From assembly GCF_001953975.1 (NCBI RefSeq), contig NZ_MBEJ01000127.1, forward strand, positions 163,833 to 195,832: 32,000 nucleotides of DNA, given 5' to 3'. Source of the stretch: Mycobacterium sp. NS-7484. GTDB lineage: Bacteria; Actinomycetota; Actinomycetes; Mycobacteriales; Mycobacteriaceae. The notes beneath the pieces were generated by a model. That model was not told the origin of the DNA. It saw only the letters and a list, made by a program, of their open reading frames with translations, and ran no database searches. A program made the translations under genes and the position numbers. Position 1 is the stretch's first letter. The number at the start of each line of letters is the position of its first letter. Positions 18,135 through 26,549 of this stretch are shown in pieces.

Positions 18135-20444
18135 TTATCCCGCCAACGCCTCGGTGGCCGGTCCGAGATCGAGGAACACCGTCTCACCGTTCGCGTCGTC
18201 GAGCCCGTCGTTGTCGGTGATGACGTACAGGTTCTCGTTGCCGGCGATCGCGACGCCCTCGACCTTCTCCTGCACATAGCCGTTGGTGGCTTGCAGGTCC
18301 GGTACCAGGTTGCGGGCCAACGTCTTCGGCAGCACGCTGGGCTTGTCCACGCCCGTCGCGCCCGCACCGCCTGGAATCGCCACCCGGTACAGCGCCTTCA
18401 CCCGCGCGTCGGGCCCGTTGAGTTTGTCGCGTTCCAGGACCAGCAAGTCGCCGTTGTGGAGGCTGATTTCGGACAGCCCGATCCAGTCATCCTTGGCGGT
18501 GGTGGCGTCCAGCTGGTAGCCGAACCACTCCCACGCGTCCCGTTCTGGTGTGTAACGTCCGAGCCGGGCCATGCCCTTGGGGTCGGTCTTGAGTTCACGT
18601 TGCAGCACCACCCAGACGGTGTCCCCATCGACAGCAACTCCTTCCAGGCCGTTGCTGCCTAGTTGCGCCGCAATGTCTTTGGGCAGCGAAACCCGCTTCT
18701 CGATCTTGCCGTCGGCGGCCACGTAGACGATCTGGTTGCCGGGGCCGTCGTCGCCTTCCACCGCCAGCACGAATCCACCGTCGGGCCGGGCGGAGAGGCC
18801 TTCGGTGTCGAGGGTGACGGGCGTGCCGTTCTCCGTGATCGGTAAGGCGGTGTCGATCAGGGCCGGCTTCTGCGCCACGTCCACACCGAGAATGCGCGCC
18901 GGGCCGTAGGCGTTGTCGGTCGCGGTGTAGAGCCGGTTGGGGTTCTGCGGATCGGGCGACAACGCGCCGAGCGCACCCCATCCGATCGGTGCGCCGTCGA
19001 GGTCTGCGGACACGATCGACGGGAAGCTCGGTTTCCCTGCGGTCGCGAAGGTTTTGCCGTAGCCGTAGAGGTTCACCGAAGCCCGCACGTGCGCCTCGGC
19101 GTCGTCGGACTCGGAGGAGATGGCCAGCAGGTTGCGCGACGGGATCGGCAGGACACCTTCCGGGCCGGGCGTGGTGGGCAGGATCTGCCGGAACACCGGC
19201 GCGGTCGGATCGCTGACGTCGTAGACCGCGACGAAGTTACTGCGTTCGGAGGCGATCAGCGCGGTCGGCTTGCCGCCGAGCTCGGTGATGGCCAGCCCTT
19301 CGGGCTCGGGACCCTTTACCTCGGCGCGGCTTTCGATGTGCAGGCCGGTGCGCACCGCAAGCTGTTCGAGGGAGTTGCCGGAATCCCACACCACCTTGCC
19401 GGTCGCGGCGTCGAAGATCGTCCAGCCGCGGGTGCCGCCCTTCCAGTCGCCCTCGTTGGCGGTGGCGACGTGGTCATCACCGATCCAGCCGATGGCATCG
19501 GGTTCACGCGGGGTGTCGTTGATCGAACCGGTTTGATCGATCGCGTCGTCCTCTTTGGTGTCGATCCCTTCGACCGACTGGCTTCCGGCGGTGAAGATCT
19601 TCTGCACCGCCCCGCTGCGGCCGTCGATGACGGCGACGCCGTTGTTCTCCTGCAGCGTCACCGCGACCTGACCGCGGGAGTTGATGCTGACGTACTCCGG
19701 TTCGAGGTCTTCCGGGGTGTCCAGCCCGGCGGCACGGGCGGCCTCGACGTCGAAGTCGACTTTGCGGGCCGTCCAGGCGTTCGGCGCGCCACGGAGATCG
19801 ATCAGCTGCACGAAACCCGTTGGCGGCTGCGGCAGGTCACCTTCCTCCTTGCCGGGCGGGGTGAACTCCTCGTTGCGCTGGTTCTCCATGGCGATCGCGG
19901 CGAAGGTGCCGTCGAGGCTGATGGCGATCGAGTCGGGCTGCCCGCCCAGGTCGATGCTGTGCACGCGGGTGCGGTCATCGATCCGGACGATGTCGACGCG
20001 TCCAGACGGATGGGCGAAGTCACCGCCGGTGGTGTCCACCACGACCAGGACGACGTTGCCGACGGCGGCCACCGAGGTGGGCTGATCGTCTTTGTGTCCC
20101 AGCTCGGCGAGTGAAAGCGTTCCAGTACCAACCGGTTTGGCGGGATCGTGGATGTCGACGAAGCCGATACGCTTAGCCGCGGCATCGGTGTAGATGAGGG
20201 TGTTGCCGTCGGGGGTGACGGTGGAGATCTCGGCGACGGTCTCCCGGTCCACCGGGTCGTCGGCCGGCTTGTTGAAATACACCGGGTAGGTGGCGGTGCG
20301 GTGGTAGCGATCGGCCTCGGGCAGGTTCCAGTCGATCGGCGAGGTCGCCTTCGGTGCCTCCTGCGGCTTCGCGTCCTCGGTGGAGCAGCCGGCCAGAATC
20401 ATTGCCGCCGCCGTGGTCACCGCTGCGGCTCGTGCCGTTCTCAT
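18135..20444 (-). CDS. Secreted lipoprotein, beta-propeller-like; resembles choice-of-anchor-I / phytase-like esterase family proteins
   Basis: The lipoprotein signal MRTARAAAVTTAAAMILAGC has an LAGC lipobox. The C-terminal region (DDWIGLSEISLHNGDLLVLERDKLNG...KALYRV) recalls the phytase-like esterase domain; this family assignment is from memory only. Its stop abuts the SEC-C gene stop (TAGTTA). Confidence 0.65.
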   Translation of the reverse strand: MRTARAAAVTTAAAMILAGCSTEDAKPQEAPKATSPIDWNLPEADRYHRTATYPVYFNKPADDPVDRETVAEISTVTPDGNTLIYTDAAAKRIGFVDIHDPAKPVGTGTLSLAELGHKDDQPTSVAAVGNVVLVVVDTTGGDFAHPSGRVDIVRIDDRTRVHSIDLGGQPDSIAISLDGTFAAIAMENQRNEEFTPPGKEEGDLPQPPTGFVQLIDLRGAPNAWTARKVDFDVEAARAAGLDTPEDLEPEYVSINSRGQVAVTLQENNGVAVIDGRSGAVQKIFTAGSQSVEGIDTKEDDAIDQTGSINDTPREPDAIGWIGDDHVATANEGDWKGGTRGWTIFDAATGKVVWDSGNSLEQLAVRTGLHIESRAEVKGPEPEGLAITELGGKPTALIASERSNFVAVYDVSDPTAPVFRQILPTTPGPEGVLPIPSRNLLAISSESDDAEAHVRASVNLYGYGKTFATAGKPSFPSIVSADLDGAPIGWGALGALSPDPQNPNRLYTATDNAYGPARILGVDVAQKPALIDTALPITENGTPVTLDTEGLSARPDGGFVLAVEGDDGPGNQIVYVAADGKIEKRVSLPKDIAAQLGSNGLEGVAVDGDTVWVVLQRELKTDPKGMARLGRYTPERDAWEWFGYQLDATTAKDDWIGLSEISLHNGDLLVLERDKLNGPDARVKALYRVAIPGGAGATGVDKPSVLPKTLARNLVPDLQATNGYVQEKVEGVAIAGNENLYVITDNDGLDDANGETVFLDLGPATEALAG

Positions 20445-20576
20445 CCGTCGCCCTCTTCAGTTGTGCCGATGCGTCGAGGCGAGCTTGGCGTGCACGGATG
20501 TCCGGGCGGGCAGCTTTGGGTGAACGGTGCGCAACGGGTGGGTTTCAGAGTGGGCATGCGGTCGGGCGCCGGCCTC

Positions 20577-20954
20577 TCACCCGCTGAAACCCTTCAGCAA
20601 GGTAGCGATCTCACCGAGTTCGCAGTCCTGGACCGCGTCGCCGTTCATCAGACGCTCGGCCCGATCGACGTCGAAGTCCGCGGTGAGTTCAATGCCGTTG
20701 ATATGCAGGAATGTCCACGCCGACGCCCAGGCGGTGCGTTTGTTCCCGTCGACGAGGGCACGATTGCGGGCCAGGGACTGCAACAGTGCGGCTGCCTTTT
20801 CCCACACCTCCGGATAGGCGTCGACGCCAAAGACCGTCGCCCGAGGCCGCGCGACAGCGGCATCGAGCAGACCGTAATCACGCACCTTCAGTTCCCCGCC
20901 GAAGGCGATCGATCCCGCGGTGAGGACATCGTCGCGGTCGAGATACTCGATCAC
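20577..20954 (-). CDS. doc: Doc (death-on-curing) / Fic-fold type II toxin with a non-canonical Fic motif
   Basis: Fic/Doc core ...[24 protein letters not shown]..., with Arg at the position of the motif His. GTG start overlaps the upstream antitoxin stop (GTGA). Confidence 0.85.
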   Translation of the reverse strand: MIEYLDRDDVLTAGSIAFGGELKVRDYGLLDAAVARPRATVFGVDAYPEVWEKAAALLQSLARNRALVDGNKRTAWASAWTFLHINGIELTADFDVDRAERLMNGDAVQDCELGEIATLLKGFSG

Positions 20955-21148
20955 GCCAGCCGTCTGTTGAGTTCGGCTGACTTCTCGGCCACGAGCCGCG
21001 CCGCCTCGGCCACCCTGCGCTTGTGCATGCTGGCCCGATCCATGACTGCCGCGTGGGCGAACTTCTTCAACGACACGTCATCGACGCGGGCAGCGGCGCG
21101 AATCTGCTCCATTTCCGCGTCGTCGAACTCGATGTTGAGCGAAGGCAT
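20951..21148 (-). CDS. Phd-like / ribbon-helix-helix antitoxin partner of Doc (65 aa)
   Basis: Small ORF with a 4-nt overlap on doc. [35 protein letters not shown] fits a beta-strand/helix/helix (RHH-like) pattern. GGAGG lies directly upstream of the ATG. Confidence 0.7.
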   Translation of the reverse strand: MPSLNIEFDDAEMEQIRAAARVDDVSLKKFAHAAVMDRASMHKRRVAEAARLVAEKSAELNRRLA

Positions 21149-21156
21149 GCCTCCAC

Positions 21157-21186
21157 GATACCGGTATCGGTACCGAAACCGGTACC
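21157..21186. promoter_or_regulatory. Candidate phd/doc operator: array of CCGGTA-type palindromes
   Basis: A perfect 12-bp palindrome GATACCGGTATC (21157-21168) is followed by GGTACC (21169-21174) and CCGGTACC (21179-21186). The array starts 9 nt upstream of the antitoxin ATG. Confidence 0.5.
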
Positions 21187-21219
21187 AATTTCACGGCGGT
21201 CACCGCGCCGGTCGACAGG

Positions 21220-21651
21220 TCAGCGCTTGACGTCGTTGGCCAGCACCTCGGTGACCACGCCGAGCGTTTCGTAGGTCGATCTGGCGCGTGCATCCCGGGT
21301 GACGAGGACGGCATCGTGCTCACGAGCCGCCACGGCCACCAGTCCGTCGTAGGTAGCGACGCCGGCGATGCCGCGACGGGCGAACTCGCGGTGGGCGGCT
21401 CGCGCGGCACGTACACCGAGCGAAAACGATTCAGGGAAGTTCTCGTCGATCAGTGTCACCGCGTCTGCTGGGTCGATGCGGGCATCGCCCGGTAAGCGTG
21501 TGAGCACGGAATAGGTTTCGGCCAGGGCATGCCCACTCAGCCCCAGCGTGCGCCCCTTGGCCCAGCCGGCCACCATGGCGTGTTGCGGATGCGAGGTGAC
21601 GAGCAGGGCTACCGCGACGCTGGTGTCGACCGCAGTGACGGGCACCGGCAC
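21220..21651 (-). CDS. vapC: PIN-domain ribonuclease toxin VapC
   Basis: PIN acidic signature positions are present: VDTSV, ...AETYSVL..., TYDGLV, LVTRD. GTG start lies 5 nt after the upstream antitoxin stop. Confidence 0.8.
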   Translation of the reverse strand: MPVPVTAVDTSVAVALLVTSHPQHAMVAGWAKGRTLGLSGHALAETYSVLTRLPGDARIDPADAVTLIDENFPESFSLGVRAARAAHREFARRGIAGVATYDGLVAVAAREHDAVLVTRDARARSTYETLGVVTEVLANDVKR

Positions 21652-21656
21652 TGCGG

Positions 21657-21896
21657 TCAGCGTCGTCCCGAATCGATGAGGGCGAACATCATCTCGTCAG
21701 TGACGACCGTGTCGGCCACGGCGACCAGGCGCCCGTCCTCGCCCCGCTCGAGTCGTGCCGTCCTCCCGCCCGGGACGATCTGCAATCCACCCCCGTAGGC
21801 CGAGATGTCGACCTTTGTCCCCGGGGTCAGACCCAACGCATCGCGAAGTTGTTTGGGCAGCACAACTCGACCTCCGGAATCGATGATGGCCTCCAT
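21657..21896 (-). CDS. vapB: AbrB/MazE/SpoVT-type antitoxin (VapB)
   Basis: SpoVT/AbrB-like swapped-hairpin N-terminus GGRVVLPKQLRDALGLTPGTKVDI. 79 aa, immediately upstream of vapC. Confidence 0.8.
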   Translation of the reverse strand: MEAIIDSGGRVVLPKQLRDALGLTPGTKVDISAYGGGLQIVPGGRTARLERGEDGRLVAVADTVVTDEMMFALIDSGRR

Positions 21897-22016
21897 GGGA
21901 TCACGCTACCAGCGCACTCCCATTTGTTCGCCAGGCTTGCCGCGATGCGGATCCAGGGCATCCCCGCAAATACCGCAACGCAACGCTTACCGTGTAAAGA
22001 CGGATTGGCCGACCAC

Positions 22017-24056
22017 ATGACGACGGCCTTGGGGTACGACCGAGAGGATGTCGAGTTGGCCGCCGGAGTACCAGTAGACCCCGTCACTTCTGCCGCGCCG
22101 ACGCTGCGGGAACTGACCGTCCGCGGGATCCTGCTCGGCGGCGTGATCACGCTGGTGTTCACCGCCGCCAACGTCTACCTCGGTCTCAAGGTCGGGCTCA
22201 CGTTCGCCACCGCCATCCCGGCCGCGGTGATCTCGATGGCGATCCTGCGCAACTTCGCCAACCACTCCGTCGTGGAGAACAACATCGTGCAGACGGTGGC
22301 CTCGGCGGCGGGCACGCTCTCGGCGATCATCTTCGTGTTGCCCGGGCTGATCATGATCGGCTGGTGGACCGGGTTCCCGTACTGGATCACCGTGGCGGTG
22401 TGTGCCGTCGGCGGCATCCTCGGCGTGATGTACTCCATCCCGCTGCGCCGCGCCCTGGTGACCGGATCGGATCTGCCCTATCCCGAAGGCGTGGCCGCCG
22501 CCGAGGTGCTCAAGGTCGGTGACAGCACCGGCGGCGCCGAGGACAACCGCGTCGGGCTACGGGTCATCGCGTTCGGCGCGCTGGTGTCGGCCGGGTTCGC
22601 GCTGCTGGCCAACGTCAAGGTGTTGGCCAATTCGGTTGCGGCGTATTTCCGTGTCGGAGCAGGCGGGTCGATGTTCGGCGCCAGTTTGTCGTTGGCGTTG
22701 ATCGGCGTGGGGCATCTGGTCGGCATGAGTGTCGGCATCGCGATGCTCGTCGGGCTGGTGATCTCCTTCGGTGTGCTGCTGCCGGTCCGGACCATCGGGG
22801 CGTTCGGGGGCGACGAATCCGTGGCCGACGTGATCGACGGCGTTTTCGTCCACGAGGTGCGCTTCATCGGGGCCGGGGCGATCGCGGTGGCCGCAGTCTG
22901 GACGCTGTTGAAGATCTTGCGCCCCATCGTCAAAGGCATCACCGACGCGCTGGCCTCGGCCCGCAACCGCCGTGAGGGTCAGCTGGTCGACCTGACCGAA
23001 CGCGACATTCCCTTCCCCGTCGTCGCGGCCGTCGTGGTGGCGATGCTGCTGCCGATCGGTGTGCTGCTGTGGCAGTTCAGCCGCGGCACCGCGTTACATG
23101 GCAGCTCGGCCGGGATCATCGCGGCCAGCGTGATCTTCATCTTCCTCGTCGGCCTGGTGATCGCGGCGGTGTGCGGCTACATGGCGGGTCTGATCGGCTC
23201 GTCGAACAGTCCGATTTCCGGCGTGGGCATTCTGACCGTGCTCATCGCCGCGGTGCTGATCAAGGTGGTCTTCGGTCGCGCCGATGACGAGCAGGCCCTG
23301 GCGCTCGTCGCCTTCACGTTGTTCGCCTCGGCCATCACGTTCGGCGTCGCCACGATCTCCAACGACAACCTGCAAGACCTCAAGACCGGTCAGCTCGTCG
23401 GCGCCACGCCGTGGAAACAGCAGGTGGCCTTGGTGATCGGGGTGCTGTTCGGCGCGGCGATCATCCCGCCGGTGCTGGATCTGATGCAGCAGGCGTTCGG
23501 CTTCCTGGGTGCGCCCGGTGCCACCGACCACGCGTTGGCCGCCCCGCAGGCGGCGCTTATCTCCTCACTGGCCAAGGGCGTGTTCGGCGGGTCGTTGGAC
23601 TGGTCGCTGATCGGGTTGGGGGCGCTGATCGGCGTCGGGATCGTGATCGTCGACGAGATCCTCACCCGCACATCGCGTTTCACCCTGCCCCCGCTGGCCG
23701 TCGGGATGGGCATGTACCTGCCGATGAGCCTGACGTTGATCATCCCGCTGGGCTCGCTGTTGGGCTACTTCTACAACCGTTGGGCTGGCCGCAGCGGCTC
23801 CGAGGCCGGTGTGGAACGCAAAAAGCGGCTCGGGGTGCTGCTGGCCACCGGCCTGATCGTCGGCGAGAGCCTCTACGGCGTCATCTTCGCCGGGTTCGTC
23901 GCCGGCACCGGCAGCGACGATCCGTTCGCGATCTTCCACAACGACGGCAACCTGGCCGAGGTTCTTGGCGTGGTGGGTTTTGCGGCGGTGCTGCTGTGGC
24001 TGTACGGCCGCATTCGACGGGTCGCCGGGCGGGCCGCCGTAGACCCCGCGGAATAG
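22017..24056 (+). CDS. OPT-family oligopeptide transporter (polytopic membrane protein)
   Basis: 679 aa with many TM segments and an OPT-like N-terminal region LRELTVRGILLGGVITLVFTAANVYLGLKVGLTFATAIPAAVISMAILR. I use the ATG at 22017 because the longer ORF would overlap vapB. Confidence 0.85.
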   Translation: MTTALGYDREDVELAAGVPVDPVTSAAPTLRELTVRGILLGGVITLVFTAANVYLGLKVGLTFATAIPAAVISMAILRNFANHSVVENNIVQTVASAAGTLSAIIFVLPGLIMIGWWTGFPYWITVAVCAVGGILGVMYSIPLRRALVTGSDLPYPEGVAAAEVLKVGDSTGGAEDNRVGLRVIAFGALVSAGFALLANVKVLANSVAAYFRVGAGGSMFGASLSLALIGVGHLVGMSVGIAMLVGLVISFGVLLPVRTIGAFGGDESVADVIDGVFVHEVRFIGAGAIAVAAVWTLLKILRPIVKGITDALASARNRREGQLVDLTERDIPFPVVAAVVVAMLLPIGVLLWQFSRGTALHGSSAGIIAASVIFIFLVGLVIAAVCGYMAGLIGSSNSPISGVGILTVLIAAVLIKVVFGRADDEQALALVAFTLFASAITFGVATISNDNLQDLKTGQLVGATPWKQQVALVIGVLFGAAIIPPVLDLMQQAFGFLGAPGATDHALAAPQAALISSLAKGVFGGSLDWSLIGLGALIGVGIVIVDEILTRTSRFTLPPLAVGMGMYLPMSLTLIIPLGSLLGYFYNRWAGRSGSEAGVERKKRLGVLLATGLIVGESLYGVIFAGFVAGTGSDDPFAIFHNDGNLAEVLGVVGFAAVLLWLYGRIRRVAGRAAVDPAE

Positions 24057-24132
24057 TCGGTCGTGAACCGGGTGATCAAGGCCGCGGATTCCGGTCAATA
24101 TCGAGCAGTAGATCGCGGCGTTGATGCATGGT

Positions 24133-24516
24133 TCACCGGGGTACGACCGTGATGGCGCACTGCGGTCCGTTGGCCGCGGACAACTGCGAATCCGCCGTTA
24201 CCAGTGCGCAGTCCAGGTTTTCCGCAAGAGCCACATACATTGCGGCGTGAGCCGTCACGGCGGCGCGAAGTTCCCACACCCGTTCCAGAAGCGGGGCCGC
24301 GGCATAGCGAATCAGCCCGACTCTTTTCCAGACATCCAGCGCGCGACTGGCTTGCCCCGGCGTGAGCAGACCCGCCGCAGCGTGTCGACGCAATACGCTG
24401 ACCACTTCCACGTCCACCAGGTGCGGCGCATGGATTGACTCACCGGCAAGGAGGCGGCGCGCCTGGCCATCGTTCAACAGCGCCGACACGGCCACCGACG
24501 CATCAAGAACGATCAT
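24133..24516 (-). CDS. vapC: PIN-domain toxin VapC (third conserved acidic residue apparently missing)
   Basis: [10 protein letters not shown]..., ...VDVEVVSVL..., ...LVTADSQL are PIN-like. The usual YDAxY(V/L)ALAE segment reads [11 protein letters not shown]. The ATG overlaps the antitoxin stop (ATGA). Confidence 0.78.
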   Translation of the reverse strand: MIVLDASVAVSALLNDGQARRLLAGESIHAPHLVDVEVVSVLRRHAAAGLLTPGQASRALDVWKRVGLIRYAAAPLLERVWELRAAVTAHAAMYVALAENLDCALVTADSQLSAANGPQCAITVVPR

Positions 24517-24728
24517 CTGCGCTCGGAATCCAGTTCTTTGACAATCGTTTCAGTTGAGACGTTCAGATCGGGCAAAGTGGCCAGCAAGGCGGCATTGTCG
24601 ACTCGCTGGGACGCAGCGTCGAGTTCACGGATCGCCACGGCAGTCACTGACGTACCCGCTGCGCGTGCCATCCGTTCGAGCCGCTCCATGACGTCGTCTG
24701 GAACATTGCGGAGATGCAGCGTGCGCAT
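24513..24728 (-). CDS. vapB: Ribbon-helix-helix (FitA/Arc-like) antitoxin VapB
   Basis: [36 protein letters not shown] is a typical RHH antitoxin N-terminus. 71 aa, with a 4-nt overlap on vapC. Confidence 0.75.
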   Translation of the reverse strand: MRTLHLRNVPDDVMERLERMARAAGTSVTAVAIRELDAASQRVDNAALLATLPDLNVSTETIVKELDSERR

Positions 24729-24756
24729 AGCGCAAAGATACCCATCTGCTTTCTTC

Positions 24757-24776
24757 TTGCTAGCACTTTGCTAGCA
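24757..24776. promoter_or_regulatory. Candidate vapBC operator: tandem TTGCTAGCA palindromes
   Basis: TTGCTAGCA-CT-TTGCTAGCA. The core TGCTAGCA is a perfect 8-bp palindrome present twice, 29-48 nt upstream of the vapB ATG at 24728. Confidence 0.5.
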
Positions 24777-24933
24777 GCGGAGCGAGGTCACGTCAGACCC
24801 CGCCGTTATGCTCAAGTTGCTTCCCCGGGTTGCCGTCGCACAGTTCTGATCGAACGGCACACACCGCCAACCACCAGCCGCACCGGATGCGGCGTCATCG
24901 GTGTTTGACGATTCGCACGACAGGAGGACCGCT

Positions 24934-25530
24934 ATGACCGACTCCACCATTGCGGGCTATGACATCATCGGCGATGTTCATCGCTGCGCCACCCAGCTGG
25001 AATCCTTGCTCGGCCAGTTGGGCTACGAGAGTTCGGGCAGCACAAGCGAATACCGCCACCCCGAACGTCAGGCCATCTTCGTCGGTGACCTGATCGATCG
25101 TGGTGACGAGCAACTGCGGGTGCTGCAGGTCGTCAAGGACATGGTGGAGGCGGGCAGCGCGCAGATCGTGATGCGGTGGTGGAACAGCGAGGCCCGCACC
25201 CTGCGCGATCTTGCCTTGATCGAAGGCAGTTTCACCACCGCGGCCGGTGAGCCCTATCCCCCACTGCCCGAGCTTGAGCTCTCGCACGGCGACCAGGCCT
25301 ACGTCTACCCGCCGGGGGTGCCGGTGTTCTACGGCCACTACTGGCGGCAGGGGCCGCCCAAACATCGACACGACTGGACCGAATACACCGCGTGCGTCGA
25401 TTTCAGCGCGGTCAAGGGCGGGGCGTTGACGGCCTACCGGTGGTCAGGCGAAAAGCAGATCCGCCCCGACCACTACGCCTCGGTGTCGTCGCGGCCACCG
25501 ACGAGCGCGGCTATCCGTCCCTGCGGATAA
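24934..25530 (+). CDS. Metallophosphoesterase (ApaH/PrpE-like), shortened and lacking the GNHE motif; possibly non-functional
   Basis: AGGAGG (24922-24927) lies 6 nt upstream of the ATG. Motifs I and II are present (DIIGDVHR, GDLIDRG), as is a C-terminal FYGHYW...ACVDFS...AYRW block. No GNH(E/D) motif is present, and the spacing between GDLIDRG and GH is only about 80 aa. The 3' end overlaps the convergent mscS gene by 58 nt. Confidence 0.6.
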   Translation: MTDSTIAGYDIIGDVHRCATQLESLLGQLGYESSGSTSEYRHPERQAIFVGDLIDRGDEQLRVLQVVKDMVEAGSAQIVMRWWNSEARTLRDLALIEGSFTTAAGEPYPPLPELELSHGDQAYVYPPGVPVFYGHYWRQGPPKHRHDWTEYTACVDFSAVKGGALTAYRWSGEKQIRPDHYASVSSRPPTSAAIRPCG

Positions 25531-26438
25531 GGCAGGTCGATGTCGTTCTCGTCGTAGGCGCGCACGATCTCGCCGCGCAGTTTGCGTTGCACCGACCATT
25601 GCGCGTTGGGCCGTGTCTTCACCGTCATTCGCAAGGTGACCAGGTCCGGCGAGAGATCCTGCACACCAAGCATTTCCGGCTTGCCCAGGACCTTGTCGGC
25701 CATGTCCGGATCGGCGATGACCTCGCTGGCGGCATCGACAGCTACCTTTTCGGCGCGGTCAAGGTCGGCGGTCAGAGCTACCGGAACTTCGACCCGGGCG
25801 ACGGCGTAGTCCTGGCTCATGTTGCCCACGCGGGCGATCTCGCCGTTGCGGACGTACCAGAGGGTGCCGTCGATGTCGCGGATCGTGGTGATCCGCAGCC
25901 CGACGCTCTGAACCTCGCCGATCACGTCGCCGACGTCGACGTTGTCCCCCACGCCGTACTGGTCCTCCAGCAACATGAACACGCCGGTGACGAAGTCGCG
26001 CACCAGGTTCTGGGCGCCGAAGCCGATGGCCAGACCGACCACACCGGCCGAGGCGATGAACGGGGCGATGTTGACGCTGAGCGCGCTGAGGATGGCCAGC
26101 ACCATCCAGATCAGCAGGACGATCGAGACGGTCGATTTGAGGACCGAGCCGATGGTCTGCGCGCGTTGTTGGCGACGTTCGGCGGCTTGGAGGCCGCTGG
26201 TCGTGGCCGAGGCGCGGTCACGCAGGTAGCGCAGCAGCGGGGGCTTTCGGGCCTGCCCCTCCACTTCGCCGCTACGGGCCTTGGCGCGCCTGCCGGTGGT
26301 CGCGCGGTCGATCATGCGGTGCAGCACGTACCGCACGATCAACGCGACGACGATGTACGCCACGACCCGGATGGGAACCTCGATGAGCCAATGGCGATTG
26401 GTATCCGTCCATTCGAAAGCCAAGTTGGATACATCCAT
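25473..26438 (-). CDS. Mechanosensitive ion channel, MscS family
   Basis: TM3/beta-domain signature ...FIASAGVVGLAIGFGAQNLVRDFVTGVFMLLEDQYGVGDNVDVGDVIGEVQSVGLRITTIRDIDGTLWYVRNG. Confidence 0.85.
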   Translation of the reverse strand: MDVSNLAFEWTDTNRHWLIEVPIRVVAYIVVALIVRYVLHRMIDRATTGRRAKARSGEVEGQARKPPLLRYLRDRASATTSGLQAAERRQQRAQTIGSVLKSTVSIVLLIWMVLAILSALSVNIAPFIASAGVVGLAIGFGAQNLVRDFVTGVFMLLEDQYGVGDNVDVGDVIGEVQSVGLRITTIRDIDGTLWYVRNGEIARVGNMSQDYAVARVEVPVALTADLDRAEKVAVDAASEVIADPDMADKVLGKPEMLGVQDLSPDLVTLRMTVKTRPNAQWSVQRKLRGEIVRAYDENDIDLPYPQGRIAALVGGRDDTEA

Positions 26439-26549
26439 GCACTCGACCGTACGGGGTGACCGGTACCCGAGTCGAGCCTGCTCAGAGGCCTAAAGCGCTG
26501 GCCTGCGCATCGTTTTGCGAATGGTGAATTCGGGTAACAACACCTGGAC

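Noticed and set aside
19089-20114. A 341-aa plus-strand ORF antisense to the lipoprotein gene, and the 360-aa ORF 20148-21230.
   Set aside because: The translations are Gly/Arg/Asp-rich, and the ORFs span several well-supported minus-strand genes (lipoprotein, doc, antitoxin).
21849-22016. A longer start for the OPT transporter ORF.
   Set aside because: It would overlap vapB by 48 nt and adds non-hydrophobic, non-conserved-looking sequence. The ATG at 22017 gives a typical OPT N-terminus.
25392-26459. A 355-aa plus-strand ORF antisense to mscS.
   Set aside because: It has no motifs and lies entirely within the MscS gene on the other strand.
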